From Candidatus Latescibacterota bacterium (GTDB taxonomy: Bacteria; Latescibacterota; UBA2968; SICM01): DNA of 64,000 nucleotides. Below the pieces are notes generated by a model. It ran no database searches, was not told the DNA's origin, and saw only the letters and a program-made list of their open reading frames with translations. Position numbers and translations under genes: made by a program. Each line of letters begins with the position of its first letter. The stretch's first letter is position 1. The stretch is from assembly GCA_965217865.1 (NCBI GenBank), contig CBDCJO010000002.1, forward strand, positions 4,736,001 through 4,800,000, written 5' to 3'. Shown piece by piece: positions 1 through 9,606 of this stretch.

Positions 1-95
1 CTCTCGTCATCGATTCTTATAACCACGAAGCACGGAAACTGCTCAAAGCGATGCGGGAGGCCAAAGGGAAATTGTCTCGGCTTCCCGCCGGATAG
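1..95 (+). CDS. 3' end of a CDS truncated by the window edge (possibly a TPR-like helix)
   Basis: Frame 3 is open from the edge: LVIDSYNHEARKLLKAMREAKGKLSRLPAG*, with TAG at 93-95 just before the next ATG at 104. Confidence 0.45.
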   Translation, partial: LVIDSYNHEARKLLKAMREAKGKLSRLPAG

Positions 96-103
96 CGAAG
101 GTT

Positions 104-679
104 ATGACCCTCGACTCAGGTAACGATCAGGGACTTTCCAGACATATTCTGGTCATCGACGACGATTCCACTTTACGAAAAACCATTCGAACCCGACTGG
201 AAATCGCCGGTCATAGGGTAACCCTGGCTTCTGATGCGCAGGAGGGCATTCACAAGACCATCGCCACTAGGTTCGATGTCATCCTGCTGGACCTGATGAT
301 GCCGGGGCTTTCAGGGGACGAGCTCTTGCGTGCGATCCGTCCCCTTGGATTGAAGACCAAGGTGGTCGTCATGTCAGGCTCCACGGATCCACGCTGGCAG
401 GAAAAAGTGAGAGACCTGGGGGCGGTTGCAGTTCTTGAGAAACCTTTCCCACTGGTTGACCTGCCAGGGATTATCGCAGGTGTGACATCCACTTCAGTGG
501 AAGAGCGGGAAGAGGAGAAAAAAAAAGGGGGGGCCTTTCGGGATGTGTTTTGGAATATGGTTCTGAGCTTTGTGTTCTCGGAGCCTCAACCGACAGGTTA
601 TCAGAAGGGGGTCGGACTGGCTCTGATCGCGGGCCTGGCCCTCATGATTCTCTGGACGTTTTTCGGAAAAATGATCTAA
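104..679 (+). CDS. Response regulator receiver protein with C-terminal transmembrane helix
   Basis: ILVIDDD, LLDLMMP (phospho-acceptor Asp), VVVMSG and LEKPF receiver motifs; hydrophobic tail GVGLALIAGLALMILWTFF. Confidence 0.9.
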   Translation: MTLDSGNDQGLSRHILVIDDDSTLRKTIRTRLEIAGHRVTLASDAQEGIHKTIATRFDVILLDLMMPGLSGDELLRAIRPLGLKTKVVVMSGSTDPRWQEKVRDLGAVAVLEKPFPLVDLPGIIAGVTSTSVEEREEEKKKGGAFRDVFWNMVLSFVFSEPQPTGYQKGVGLALIAGLALMILWTFFGKMI

Positions 680-717
680 AGCCGGACTTCAGGCTGGGCG
701 TTTCATGATTTTCTTGA

Positions 718-1767
718 TTGACCACGATTGGTTTGGGCGTGTTGCGAAAGCTGGTCTACAGTGGTACGGCTTATGATATCGGTCGAGAAATGGGCAGGTC
801 GTTGGAAGGGCTCCCAGTGCCGAAGGCCGCAAAGGAAGAGGTGGTTTTCGCACACGCCTGCAGGGACACGACCGGACGTATTTTCCCCTCGGCCCTCGAC
901 ACTTTTCACGGGATCGTGGACAGTTCCGGGATGGGAGGAGACGATTTTCTGACCTACTATTTCGCCCGTCAGGAAGGTCTTCTACGGGGATGTACGATGT
1001 TTGCCGCACATCATCCGACCACCAGGGATGGTGTGATTCTCGTAGGTCGAAATTACGACTGGGTCAACAGCGATCGAAAGTGGTGCGAATTGAGGATGAT
1101 CCGCCAAGAGGGCGCATTCCATGTCCTTGGTTATTCGCATCATTGGGCTGGGCTTCCCGATGCCTTGAATGCCGAAGGCCTTTTCGTAGCCATAGCCTCT
1201 CTGCCAAAGAGGCCCCCCGAGCTTCCTGGTCTTCAGTGGAATTTGGTCGTCGATGCATTGATGGCTACATGCCGGACCGTTCCTGAAGCCGAGAAGCTGA
1301 TCACGTCATTCCACCACCTTCGAGCGATGATTTATCTGATCGCAGACGCCTCGGGTGAGGCAATCGCCGCCGAGGCCGGACCAGAGGGGGTCACCATCCG
1401 GAGATCGTCCGATGGCCTGGTTTTGGCGACGAACCATGAGGTGACCGAGGTTGAGGCGTCGGACCGGGATAAGCGATCTCGCCGACGTTATGAAAGGGCT
1501 GAGGAGGTCTTACGGGCACATGCGGGATGGGTGGATGAGGGGGTGGCCGGAGAGGTTCTAGCAGACCACCGGGGTCAGATCTGTTCGGGACCACACCACG
1601 ATCATGTCGGACGGGATAGCTGGGGAACCCTCTGGTCGACCATTTGCCGTCCGGATCTCCGGACCCTCAAGATTGCCTCGGGTCACCCCTGTGAGGTGGA
1701 CTATGAGCCTGTTTCATTCCGAACACAGGCGGAATTTGTTCAGATATCGGAATCGTCCCGGAATTGA
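718..1767 (+). CDS. Peptidase C45 / acyl-CoA:6-APA acyltransferase family Ntn hydrolase
   Basis: GTAYDIG, G-CT autoprocessing site, GRNYDW, DALNAEGL and ATNH motifs. Start uncertain. Confidence 0.85.
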   Translation: MTTIGLGVLRKLVYSGTAYDIGREMGRSLEGLPVPKAAKEEVVFAHACRDTTGRIFPSALDTFHGIVDSSGMGGDDFLTYYFARQEGLLRGCTMFAAHHPTTRDGVILVGRNYDWVNSDRKWCELRMIRQEGAFHVLGYSHHWAGLPDALNAEGLFVAIASLPKRPPELPGLQWNLVVDALMATCRTVPEAEKLITSFHHLRAMIYLIADASGEAIAAEAGPEGVTIRRSSDGLVLATNHEVTEVEASDRDKRSRRRYERAEEVLRAHAGWVDEGVAGEVLADHRGQICSGPHHDHVGRDSWGTLWSTICRPDLRTLKIASGHPCEVDYEPVSFRTQAEFVQISESSRN

Positions 1768-1841
1768 AAACCCCTCAGACCGATTTTGAGAAACGGGAAA
1801 CCTGGAACCGTCCGGAGTTAGAGGGCAGAAAGAGATCACTC

Positions 1842-2765
1842 ATGCGTCTGTTTTTTATTCACCTGATTTGCGTCTTCGTGTTGGTCCTCGGCTGTGCCAA
1901 GACGGAAAAGGACATCGCCCAAGACATACCAGACTCCCTCAAGGTAAGTGACCAGGAGTTTCGAAGGCTGGTTAAGCGTGCCAAGGATATCGACGACGAA
2001 CAGGTGGTACGTGCAAAGCGGACGGTTAATCCACGCGTCCTCAGGAAACTCGCAAAGGATGAAGACGAAAGTGTACGATTCTACGTGGCGTCGAACCGAC
2101 ACACCCCCTATGAGACGCTTTCCGATCTTGCCACCGATGACAGCCCGTCTGTTCGTTGGGCGGTCGCTGTCAACGACAGTATCCCCTGGGAGGTTATGCC
2201 GCTCCTCGCCGAGGATATCGATGTTGTCGTGCGGATGGGCTTGGCGGCAAACCTCTACACGTCTTCAGATATCCTCGCCGGAATGATAAATGATATCCTT
2301 CCGGTTCTTCGAAGGGCGGCCTCGAATCCCAACATGAACCCAACAATCCTTGAGAACTTGGCAGAGAGCCAAGATATTCAAGTCCGTCGGGCGGTTTCGC
2401 GCAACTTATCCACGCCCCCGGCGGCCTTAGAAAAACTCGCCCTAGATCCAGACGAATCGGTTCGTATTGAGGCCGCAAAGAACGACCACACTTCGGCGGG
2501 GGCCTTGACCATCCTGGCTACAGATACCATCAACGTTGCCCGGGAAAGAGTTGCGGGAAACCATAACACCCCGGTTCCGATTCTGGTAGAGCTTTCTGCG
2601 GATTCGGTGGCTTCGGTTCGCTAGGCCGTATCGACCAATCCCAACACCCCCAAAAAGGTCCTCATTCAGCTTTCCTATGATTCGGAGAAGGCCATCCGGC
2701 GGATGGCAAGGGGCCGGTTGGCAAAAATCCTGCGGAAAGAGATCGAGGAGGACCTTGAGAGGTGA
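1842..2765 (+). pseudogene. LRV/HEAT-like repeat lipoprotein interrupted by an in-frame TAG at 2622-2624
   Basis: Signal peptide with LVLG-C lipobox from ATG 1842; about 24-aa repeats (LAxD...VRxxVAxNxxTP). The repeat pattern continues after the TAG (AVSTNPNTPKKVLIQLSYDSEKAIRRMA...) to TGA 2765. Confidence 0.8.
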
Positions 2766-2804
2766 AATTAAATCTTTCCGGTTTGTTCACAAAGGCAGAG
2801 GACC

Positions 2805-3620
2805 GTGTCGTGTCCGCTGCCTTTGATATTCTTCGCGGGTTATCAAACCAAAATATTACTTTATCGGGGAGTTGAATTGGAGGATCGAAGGACTTTCGGT
2901 GGAATCGTCGGGATGGCATTGGAGATATATGGCCGCCGGTTCGGCACATTCTTTGCGATTGCGCTGATCGGCCAGTTTCTCTGGGTCCTTGGTGACGTGT
3001 TCCGGAGTGAGGTGTCGTGGACTGGACCGATCCCGAGCAACCCCGTGATGGTGGCGGCCTTTTTGATGGCTTACCTTATCGGTCTGATTCCCTATACGAT
3101 GCAGGTTCCCGCTCTATTGTCAGCGGTATGGGTCTCTTTCTTCGGGGATGAGCTCACCCTGGGTCAGGCCTTCGACCGGGCTTCCGTCAGGTTGACGTGG
3201 GAGGCCTTCTGGGTTAGACTCATTGCACTATGGTTGACGGTCGGGGGCCTGATCCTGGGATTTGTGCCCGGGATCATATTCGGCGTTTGGTTCTTCCTCG
3301 CGGATGTGGTTGTGGTCCTGGAGGGAAAGCGAGACTTGAATGCGTTAAAACGATCCCAATGGCTGATCAGCGGCGATTGGTGGAAGACGATGTCGGTCAT
3401 ACTCGTGGGTCTTTTTACGGCAGCGCTCCTGGTCGGACTGGTCGGTTTGGCGGTCGATGGTATCTTCGGGGTGGTTCTATCGAGGCTGATGGGGATCGTT
3501 GTCACGCCGTTCGTGTTCGCCCTTCAGGTGGTGTTATATCGTGACCTGAAGGCGCGCAAAGAACACGGGAGGGGTGTGGTTTTGGAAGGGGGGCGAGCCC
3601 CTGATGGGGCCCATCCCTGA
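2805..3620 (+). CDS. Integral membrane protein (YciC/GDPD-membrane-domain-like)
   Basis: Several TM helices; motifs PGIIFGVWF, ALKRSQWLISGDWWK and LYRDLKARKE. True start may be downstream. Confidence 0.75.
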   Translation: MSCPLPLIFFAGYQTKILLYRGVELEDRRTFGGIVGMALEIYGRRFGTFFAIALIGQFLWVLGDVFRSEVSWTGPIPSNPVMVAAFLMAYLIGLIPYTMQVPALLSAVWVSFFGDELTLGQAFDRASVRLTWEAFWVRLIALWLTVGGLILGFVPGIIFGVWFFLADVVVVLEGKRDLNALKRSQWLISGDWWKTMSVILVGLFTAALLVGLVGLAVDGIFGVVLSRLMGIVVTPFVFALQVVLYRDLKARKEHGRGVVLEGGRAPDGAHP

Positions 3621-3631
3621 TGTCGCTGGCC

Positions 3632-4489
3632 TTACTCGTCAAAGAGGAATGTCGGTTCGCCGTAGAATCTTACCTTTTTGTCCAGGACTTTCTGACGAAT
3701 GATGTCCCGAAGGCGTGCATTCTTGTCTTCAATCGCCATTTTTGAACGGAGGATTTCCAGGCCCAGATTGACGCGCAGAGCACGGCCCTGGATCAGGTGT
3801 CTGGTGATACCCGCGGGGAGCTTTACGTCGGCAAGGCTGAGGGCCACGATTTCATCCTTCGTGTATCGGGGAAAAGCGATCAGGGCGCTCGGATGTCGTT
3901 CGTCGGGATTCAGAGCGCGTATATGTTCCGCATCCACCCGGTAGATTTCGACTTTCCCTCGGTAGATCGAGACAATTTGGTTGAGATAAACGACCTGAGA
4001 TTGAAGATCCTTCCCCTGTTCTAAACCCCAGGTTCGGCCGTCATACAGGGTGGTGACGGCGCATAGAATTTTCCGGGATTCCAATAGGTCCTGTGTCTTG
4101 TCCACCGTCATCTCATTAACTCGAAGTCCGTTTATCTCCCTGATTTTTATGAGTAGTTGTTCACCCGGCATCTCTGCGATGAGGTGATCCCAGGTGGCCA
4201 TCTCGATTTCAGAAGAGCTATAGTCCACTACCTGCGATAGGGCGTCCCGGCATCCCAGGATTCGAAGGGCCGTGATTCGATTGGCACCATCGAGGACCAT
4301 GTACCGCCTTTCACCTTCCAACTGCGCCACGACAGGGGGGTTGCGAAGGATCTCCTCATCCTTTAACCTGTCCACGATTCTATCCACCCGCCGTCCGTCG
4401 TGGTCTTCGTGCAGGACGATGTCCTTCAAGGGGATGATCTCAAGCTGAGGAAGGTTCTCAAATGGGTCGTGTGACGGATGTTGTCGCAT
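3632..4489 (-). CDS. SbnI/SerK-like ParB/Srx-fold protein, putative free L-serine kinase
   Basis: IVLHE, NPPVV, YMVLDGANR and C-terminal LPAGITRHLIQGRAL resemble SbnI (IDLHE...YMVIDGVHR...PPGVTRFNISGRCL), compared from memory. Confidence 0.7.
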   Translation of the reverse strand: MRQHPSHDPFENLPQLEIIPLKDIVLHEDHDGRRVDRIVDRLKDEEILRNPPVVAQLEGERRYMVLDGANRITALRILGCRDALSQVVDYSSSEIEMATWDHLIAEMPGEQLLIKIREINGLRVNEMTVDKTQDLLESRKILCAVTTLYDGRTWGLEQGKDLQSQVVYLNQIVSIYRGKVEIYRVDAEHIRALNPDERHPSALIAFPRYTKDEIVALSLADVKLPAGITRHLIQGRALRVNLGLEILRSKMAIEDKNARLRDIIRQKVLDKKVRFYGEPTFLFDE

Positions 4490-4673
4490 AAGATTTACAA
4501 GGATACTCCGGGTATTTGGCCGGCAATAGAATGATACAATCTACTGAAAACTGGGGAAAAGGCAAGTTCGGGAGGACAGGTGTGGGATATCCGGCATGAC
4601 GTCTTGTACCCCGGCTGGGAGATTCTCCGAACCTTTTCCCTTCGGAGTGGTATAAATATAAAAGAGCGAGGGG

Positions 4674-5579
4674 ATGTTGGATAGAAAAGATATCAAGGGG
4701 ATTATCCCCGCTGTGATCACCCCGATGAACGAGAGGGAGGAGGTGGACGAGGAGGCGTTGGGGGCCATCATCGATCGCCTGATTTCCAAAGGGGTACACG
4801 GCATCTTCACGGTTGGTACGACGGGGGAGTTCTGGGCGCTCTCTCAGGAAGAGAAACGCAGGATCTTCAAGCGGACTGTCGAATATACCGCAGGTCGGGT
4901 TCCGGTCTATGTCGGGACAAATGCCGATAGCACGCGCGAAACCGTTCTTCTTTCGGTATGCGCGGAGGAAGCGGGTGCGGACTGCATCTCGGTCCTGACC
5001 CCAACCTTCATATCTCCGACGGACGGGGAGCTGTTTCAACATTACGCGGCTGTCGCAAAGGCCGTTAATATCCCCATCCTTCTTTATGCAAATCCTGGCC
5101 GGACGGGGGTCGGCCTGTCGGTTGATTTGGCGGCGCGTCTGGCCGAGGTGTTTCCCAACATAGCGGGGATCAAAGACAGCTCCGGGGACCTGACCCTGAC
5201 CACAGAGTATATCCGAAAATGTCCTGAGGATTTCAGGACGATCATGGGGAGGGATACGCTGATCTTCGCAGGGCTCCTTCACGGGGTGGCGGGGGCCATC
5301 GCCGCAAGCGCAAACATCGCACCTGAGATCGGGGTGGCGATCTACGAGCATTTCATCCGCGGCGATCTGGAGAAGGCTCGCGAGTACCAGGATCGACTGG
5401 CTCCACTGAGGCTTGCTTTTTCACTCGGAAGTTTTCCGGTCGTACTCAAGGAGGGAGCGGAGATGGTGGGGCTCCCGGCCGGCCCGACCCGCTCCCCGAT
5501 CGGGGTCCTTTCTCCGGGGGAGCGTAATGAGTTGCGGGAGATACTTGTGGGAATGGGGTTAGCTGTCGTGGAGGCATGA
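4674..5579 (+). CDS. Dihydrodipicolinate synthase / KDG aldolase family class I aldolase
   Basis: IIPAVITP, GTTGEF, LLY and GIKDSSGD (Schiff-base Lys). Confidence 0.9.
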   Translation: MLDRKDIKGIIPAVITPMNEREEVDEEALGAIIDRLISKGVHGIFTVGTTGEFWALSQEEKRRIFKRTVEYTAGRVPVYVGTNADSTRETVLLSVCAEEAGADCISVLTPTFISPTDGELFQHYAAVAKAVNIPILLYANPGRTGVGLSVDLAARLAEVFPNIAGIKDSSGDLTLTTEYIRKCPEDFRTIMGRDTLIFAGLLHGVAGAIAASANIAPEIGVAIYEHFIRGDLEKAREYQDRLAPLRLAFSLGSFPVVLKEGAEMVGLPAGPTRSPIGVLSPGERNELREILVGMGLAVVEA

Positions 5580-5594
5580 ACACCATCGAAATTC

Positions 5595-6653
5595 ATGAGG
5601 AAACGGGAGATGAAAGCCGTTCGAAAACTTGCATCCGGGTCGGGGAACGTCGCGATCTGTGATATTCCGGAGCCCGACCCTCCGAAGGGATACGTGAAGA
5701 TTGCGGTGAAGGCCGGAGGGATTTGTGGCACCGACATCCATATTCTTCACGGGGGCTATGCCTTCAATCCCCCGGTGACGCTCGGACATGAATTCGCCGG
5801 AGAAGTCGTGGATGTCGGTAAGGGGGTTGGGGCGTCCCTTTTAGGGAGTCGGGTGACCGTCCTCCCGTCGGCGATGGGCCGGTGCGGGGTCTGCCGATAT
5901 TGCCGGTCCGGTTACTACGTCTATTGCACCGGGAGGAGCTCCATAGGGAGCAAGACCGACGGGGGATTTGCCGAGTTCTGTGTCGTCCCCCAGGATCTTA
6001 TCTACACCCTACCGGAAGACATCGATTATCGAGCGGGTTCGCTTGCGGAACCCCTGGCCTGTTGCGTTCAAGCGGTTTTTGAGGAGACGCATATCGTTTC
6101 CTCTGACGTGGTTGTGATTTCAGGTCCCGGTCCGATCGGCATGATCTGCACGACCCTGGTCAAATCTCAAGGGGCAACCGTCATCCTCTGCGGGACCGGT
6201 CAGGATCGGGAAAGGCTTTCGATGGCCCCTGCATTCGGGGCGGACCGAACGGTGGTCGTGACGGAAGAGGACATCGAACAGGTAGCCCGAGACATGACAG
6301 ATGGCTACGGGGCGGATGTGGTGCTGGAGTGCGTGGGGGTCGGTGCATCCGTGAACCAGTGTCTTGACGCGGTGGCCCCTTTGGGTCAATTCACCCAGGT
6401 CGGCCTGCTCGACCATCCTGTGGAGATCGACTTCGGCAAGTTGGTCTACAAGCAGGTCCGCGTCCAGGGGACACTCGGACAGACATGGAGTTCCTGGGAG
6501 AAGACGCTTCGCTTGTTAGAACGCGGGGCCATCGACATGTCGCGGTTCATCACCCATCAGGTCCCCCTCGAAAAATGGGAGGAGGGATTCGACAATACGG
6601 AGCAGAAACGGGGATTGAAAAACCTTCTCCAACCTCCGGAAGCCGGGTCATGA
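5595..6653 (+). CDS. Zn-dependent alcohol/sugar-alcohol dehydrogenase (MDR family)
   Basis: GICGTD, GHEFAG, CGVCRYC..C structural Zn site, GPGPIG NAD motif. Confidence 0.92.
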   Translation: MRKREMKAVRKLASGSGNVAICDIPEPDPPKGYVKIAVKAGGICGTDIHILHGGYAFNPPVTLGHEFAGEVVDVGKGVGASLLGSRVTVLPSAMGRCGVCRYCRSGYYVYCTGRSSIGSKTDGGFAEFCVVPQDLIYTLPEDIDYRAGSLAEPLACCVQAVFEETHIVSSDVVVISGPGPIGMICTTLVKSQGATVILCGTGQDRERLSMAPAFGADRTVVVTEEDIEQVARDMTDGYGADVVLECVGVGASVNQCLDAVAPLGQFTQVGLLDHPVEIDFGKLVYKQVRVQGTLGQTWSSWEKTLRLLERGAIDMSRFITHQVPLEKWEEGFDNTEQKRGLKNLLQPPEAGS

Positions 6654-6761
6654 AAGAAAGCTGATCGGATCGGGATTGGAAAATCGTATACAAGAACCCG
6701 GGGATCCGATAACCGGATCCCCGATTGCATATGGATCGCTGATTCAGGAGAGCCGAAGCCC

Positions 6762-7739
6762 GTGTTCAAGGTGATGATGACAGACAGCGTGTTTCCTGAT
6801 TTCGAGCTTGAAAAAGAGGAGATCTCGAAAATCGAGGCGACTTTGTCCCTGGCGACTTACGAAGGCGAAGCTGAAATGGTGGCGGCCCTTCAAGAAGCGG
6901 ACGGGTTGATCAATCATTTCGCCCCGATGACCCGAAGCGTGATGGCGCAGCTTCCCAGATGTCGGGTGATCAGCAGATGCGGTGTGGGTTTTGACAATGT
7001 GGATGTGGCAGCGGCGACGGATCTGGGAATCCTGGTTGCGCACGTAAGGGACTACTGCATTGAAGAGGCGTCGACACACACCTTCGCGCTTATCCTGGCG
7101 TGCGCGCGCAGGCTTTTCCCGATCGACCGCTCGGTGCGGGCGGGCCGATGGGATCATTCGGCCGGTCGGCCGATGCACGACCTGACGACTCAGACTTTAG
7201 GGATCGTCGGGCTCGGAAAGATCGGAACGGGGACGGCGAAAAAGGCCCAGGCCTTCGGGCTGAGGGTGCTGGCTTTCGACCCCTATGCAAAAGGGGTGGG
7301 CGCTGAAATCGAACTCGTGTCATTCGACCGTTTAATCCAGGAGGCGGATTATGTCTGCATCCACGCCGCGTTGACGGATGAGACGCGCGGGCTTTTTTCG
7401 GAGGAGGTCTTTGCCCGGATGAAGTCAACCGCATATCTGATCAACGGCGCGCGCGGACCGATCGTGAATGAGGATGCGCTGGAACGCGCGCTTTCCGAAG
7501 GAATTATCGCGGGTGCCGCAGTGGATACCATGGCGGAGGAACCACCCGGTTCGGATCACCCTCTTTTCAAACTCGAGAACTTCATCGTGACCTCCCACGT
7601 TTCATGGTATTCGGAGGAGTCCATCGCGCTTCTCCGGCGGGAGAACGCTCGGGCTGTCGTAGACACCCTTAATACAGGAAGACCAAAATACCTTGTCAAC
7701 CCCGAAGCGCTTGATAAGGCCGAGAAGCGGTTGCGGTAA
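6762..7739 (+). CDS. D-2-hydroxyacid dehydrogenase (CtBP/SerA-like)
   Basis: GVGFDNVD, GIVGLGKIG, INGARG, EEP and TSHVSWYS. Confidence 0.92.
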   Translation: MFKVMMTDSVFPDFELEKEEISKIEATLSLATYEGEAEMVAALQEADGLINHFAPMTRSVMAQLPRCRVISRCGVGFDNVDVAAATDLGILVAHVRDYCIEEASTHTFALILACARRLFPIDRSVRAGRWDHSAGRPMHDLTTQTLGIVGLGKIGTGTAKKAQAFGLRVLAFDPYAKGVGAEIELVSFDRLIQEADYVCIHAALTDETRGLFSEEVFARMKSTAYLINGARGPIVNEDALERALSEGIIAGAAVDTMAEEPPGSDHPLFKLENFIVTSHVSWYSEESIALLRRENARAVVDTLNTGRPKYLVNPEALDKAEKRLR

Positions 7740-7761
7740 TAACACGACGGAACGATAAGGT

Positions 7762-8544
7762 CTATTGGGAAGGTTTTTGGATGACAACAACATATCGTGG
7801 GGCATAGGCTATCCATTCCGGCTCGAATCGCTCAGGGGGTTGGAAGGGGATTCGGAGGTGGCGAAGGAGTTCCAACTGAATGTCCCGTTCCTTCTCCTCC
7901 TTGTTGGCGATGAGCAGGATTCCACCCTCGTTCAGCAGGCCATAAACGTGTATTAGCTGGTCGACGGGCTTGAACAGGGAGCCTGGGAGACCCCACTTTC
8001 GAAGGGGATATTTCGTGACGAAAGGCAAAAACCAGGTGATTACATCGTATCTTTCCTGGTGCTCCAAGACATCGCCCGGAATGAATCGGCATCGATCCAG
8101 GTTGCGGATGTGATACAGCGCATAATCATACCGTGAATGCAGGTTCGAGTAGATCTGGTATGCGTCGATCTCAATGCCGGTCAACTCTACCTGTCGAATG
8201 TTCCCGCCCACGTTGCGGAAGAAATGATAAAGGCCCCTGACGTAAGCGAAGTTCTTGGATCCGACGTCGAGGGACCGGACGGTTTCCGGGAGTGCGCGGG
8301 TGGGGAAGAAGAGGTCCATCAGTTCAAGGATGTAGAGAGACTCACGATATTCGTTCGCGGTGGATTTCTCCCGAAAGTTGATTAATCGATACTGTCCTTC
8401 AAGGCGGTCGGCCGTGGGAAGGAGAGTGGGTCTGGATTCGAAGAGTAGTTTTTTGTCCTCGTTCGGAGGATTATAAGTCGAACGGGACCACCGGACCCAG
8501 GATCGAAGGGCAAAGTAGACATTGTTGAAGAGTCGTTCGGACAT
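7762..8544 (-). CDS. Class I SAM-dependent methyltransferase-like protein
   Basis: LDVGS motif I, TGIEID, YDVI and LLNEGGILL. Confidence 0.75.
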   Translation of the reverse strand: MSERLFNNVYFALRSWVRWSRSTYNPPNEDKKLLFESRPTLLPTADRLEGQYRLINFREKSTANEYRESLYILELMDLFFPTRALPETVRSLDVGSKNFAYVRGLYHFFRNVGGNIRQVELTGIEIDAYQIYSNLHSRYDYALYHIRNLDRCRFIPGDVLEHQERYDVITWFLPFVTKYPLRKWGLPGSLFKPVDQLIHVYGLLNEGGILLIANKEEKERDIQLELLRHLRIPFQPPERFEPEWIAYAPRYVVVIQKPSQ

Positions 8545-8669
8545 CGGATCCCGGAATCAAGGAGCGGGTTGCAGGCTCAGGCTGCGAAAAGAACGAATTC
8601 ATAAAATACGACATATGAGGTTCTCAGTCGAGTTGAATTCAAACTTCTGAAAAATCCCAATCGTTTCAT

Positions 8670-9569
8670 ATGGAGGATGTCATGCTAACTACGCCTTTGA
8701 AGGGGTTAGGCCTTGCTTTTATAGTCCTGGGTTTTCTGAGCCTGGAGGCAGCGGCGCAGGAGGCCGGGGGGATAAAGTTACAGGTCAGGAACGAGGTGGG
8801 CCGAAACCTGACCTACAAGAATTATTACAGGATTTATTTTAATACGCCAAAGGCCGATGACCTTTTGAACCGGCCAAGCGGATCCGGATTCAGGGAGGAA
8901 TTGGAGCGGGAGTGGTACCAGGACGAGACGGTCAAGGAGAGAGAAGGTGTGTCGTATATCGTCACCACTCCGAGGAATGTATTCGAAAAATTGAAGATCG
9001 ACGACTTGGAAGAAATCGGGGACTTAAAACTGCTTGAGGGGGTGGAGTTGAGATGGAAGGTAGACTCAAAAGGGACGGTGACTGAGTTCGGGACTTCAAG
9101 GGGATTGGCGCGGGTCACCGTCGAGGATGTCGTGAGCGATCTTCGGCTGTTTTGGAAGGGAGAATTCTATCCTTCCCTTCCCGATGAGCCCAAGGCGGTC
9201 GGAGAATCCTGGACCACAGATCGGACGGTATCGTCCTTGTTCGAAGGGAGGCGATTTGAATCCCGGATGGAGTACAAGGGAACGGCGACGATTAAGAAGA
9301 TAAAGAAGAAGAAAAATCGTAAGTGCGCGGAGATCAAGGAGACTCAAGAAGTTTTTTACAAAGGGATCTATATCGTCGGCCCGGACGAACTAATCGTCGA
9401 AGGGAAGGGGAAAGGCACGGCGACCTGGCTCTTAGACGTTGAAAACGGGGTGGTGGTCGAGCATAAGAATACGCTTGAACTTCGGCCCCACGTCAGGCAT
9501 CGCGTAAAACCCACCCCGCCAAGGATCATCGCCGATTTGAGGATCTGGGTTGAACGAAAGCTGAAATAG
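8670..9569 (+). CDS. Secreted beta-rich hypothetical protein (DUF6263-like)
   Basis: Signal peptide ending AAA|Q; motif PSLPDEPKAVGESW and beta-strand pattern. Confidence 0.65.
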   Translation: MEDVMLTTPLKGLGLAFIVLGFLSLEAAAQEAGGIKLQVRNEVGRNLTYKNYYRIYFNTPKADDLLNRPSGSGFREELEREWYQDETVKEREGVSYIVTTPRNVFEKLKIDDLEEIGDLKLLEGVELRWKVDSKGTVTEFGTSRGLARVTVEDVVSDLRLFWKGEFYPSLPDEPKAVGESWTTDRTVSSLFEGRRFESRMEYKGTATIKKIKKKKNRKCAEIKETQEVFYKGIYIVGPDELIVEGKGKGTATWLLDVENGVVVEHKNTLELRPHVRHRVKPTPPRIIADLRIWVERKLK

Positions 9570-9606
9570 ACTGCAATCCGTCGAGACCTCTACTCCCAAT
9601 GGCCCC

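Noticed and set aside
4458-5351. Long antisense ORFs (e.g. 4458..5351, 9526..10491, 57332..58237)
   Set aside because: They fully overlap well-supported genes on the opposite strand, as expected in GC-rich DNA.
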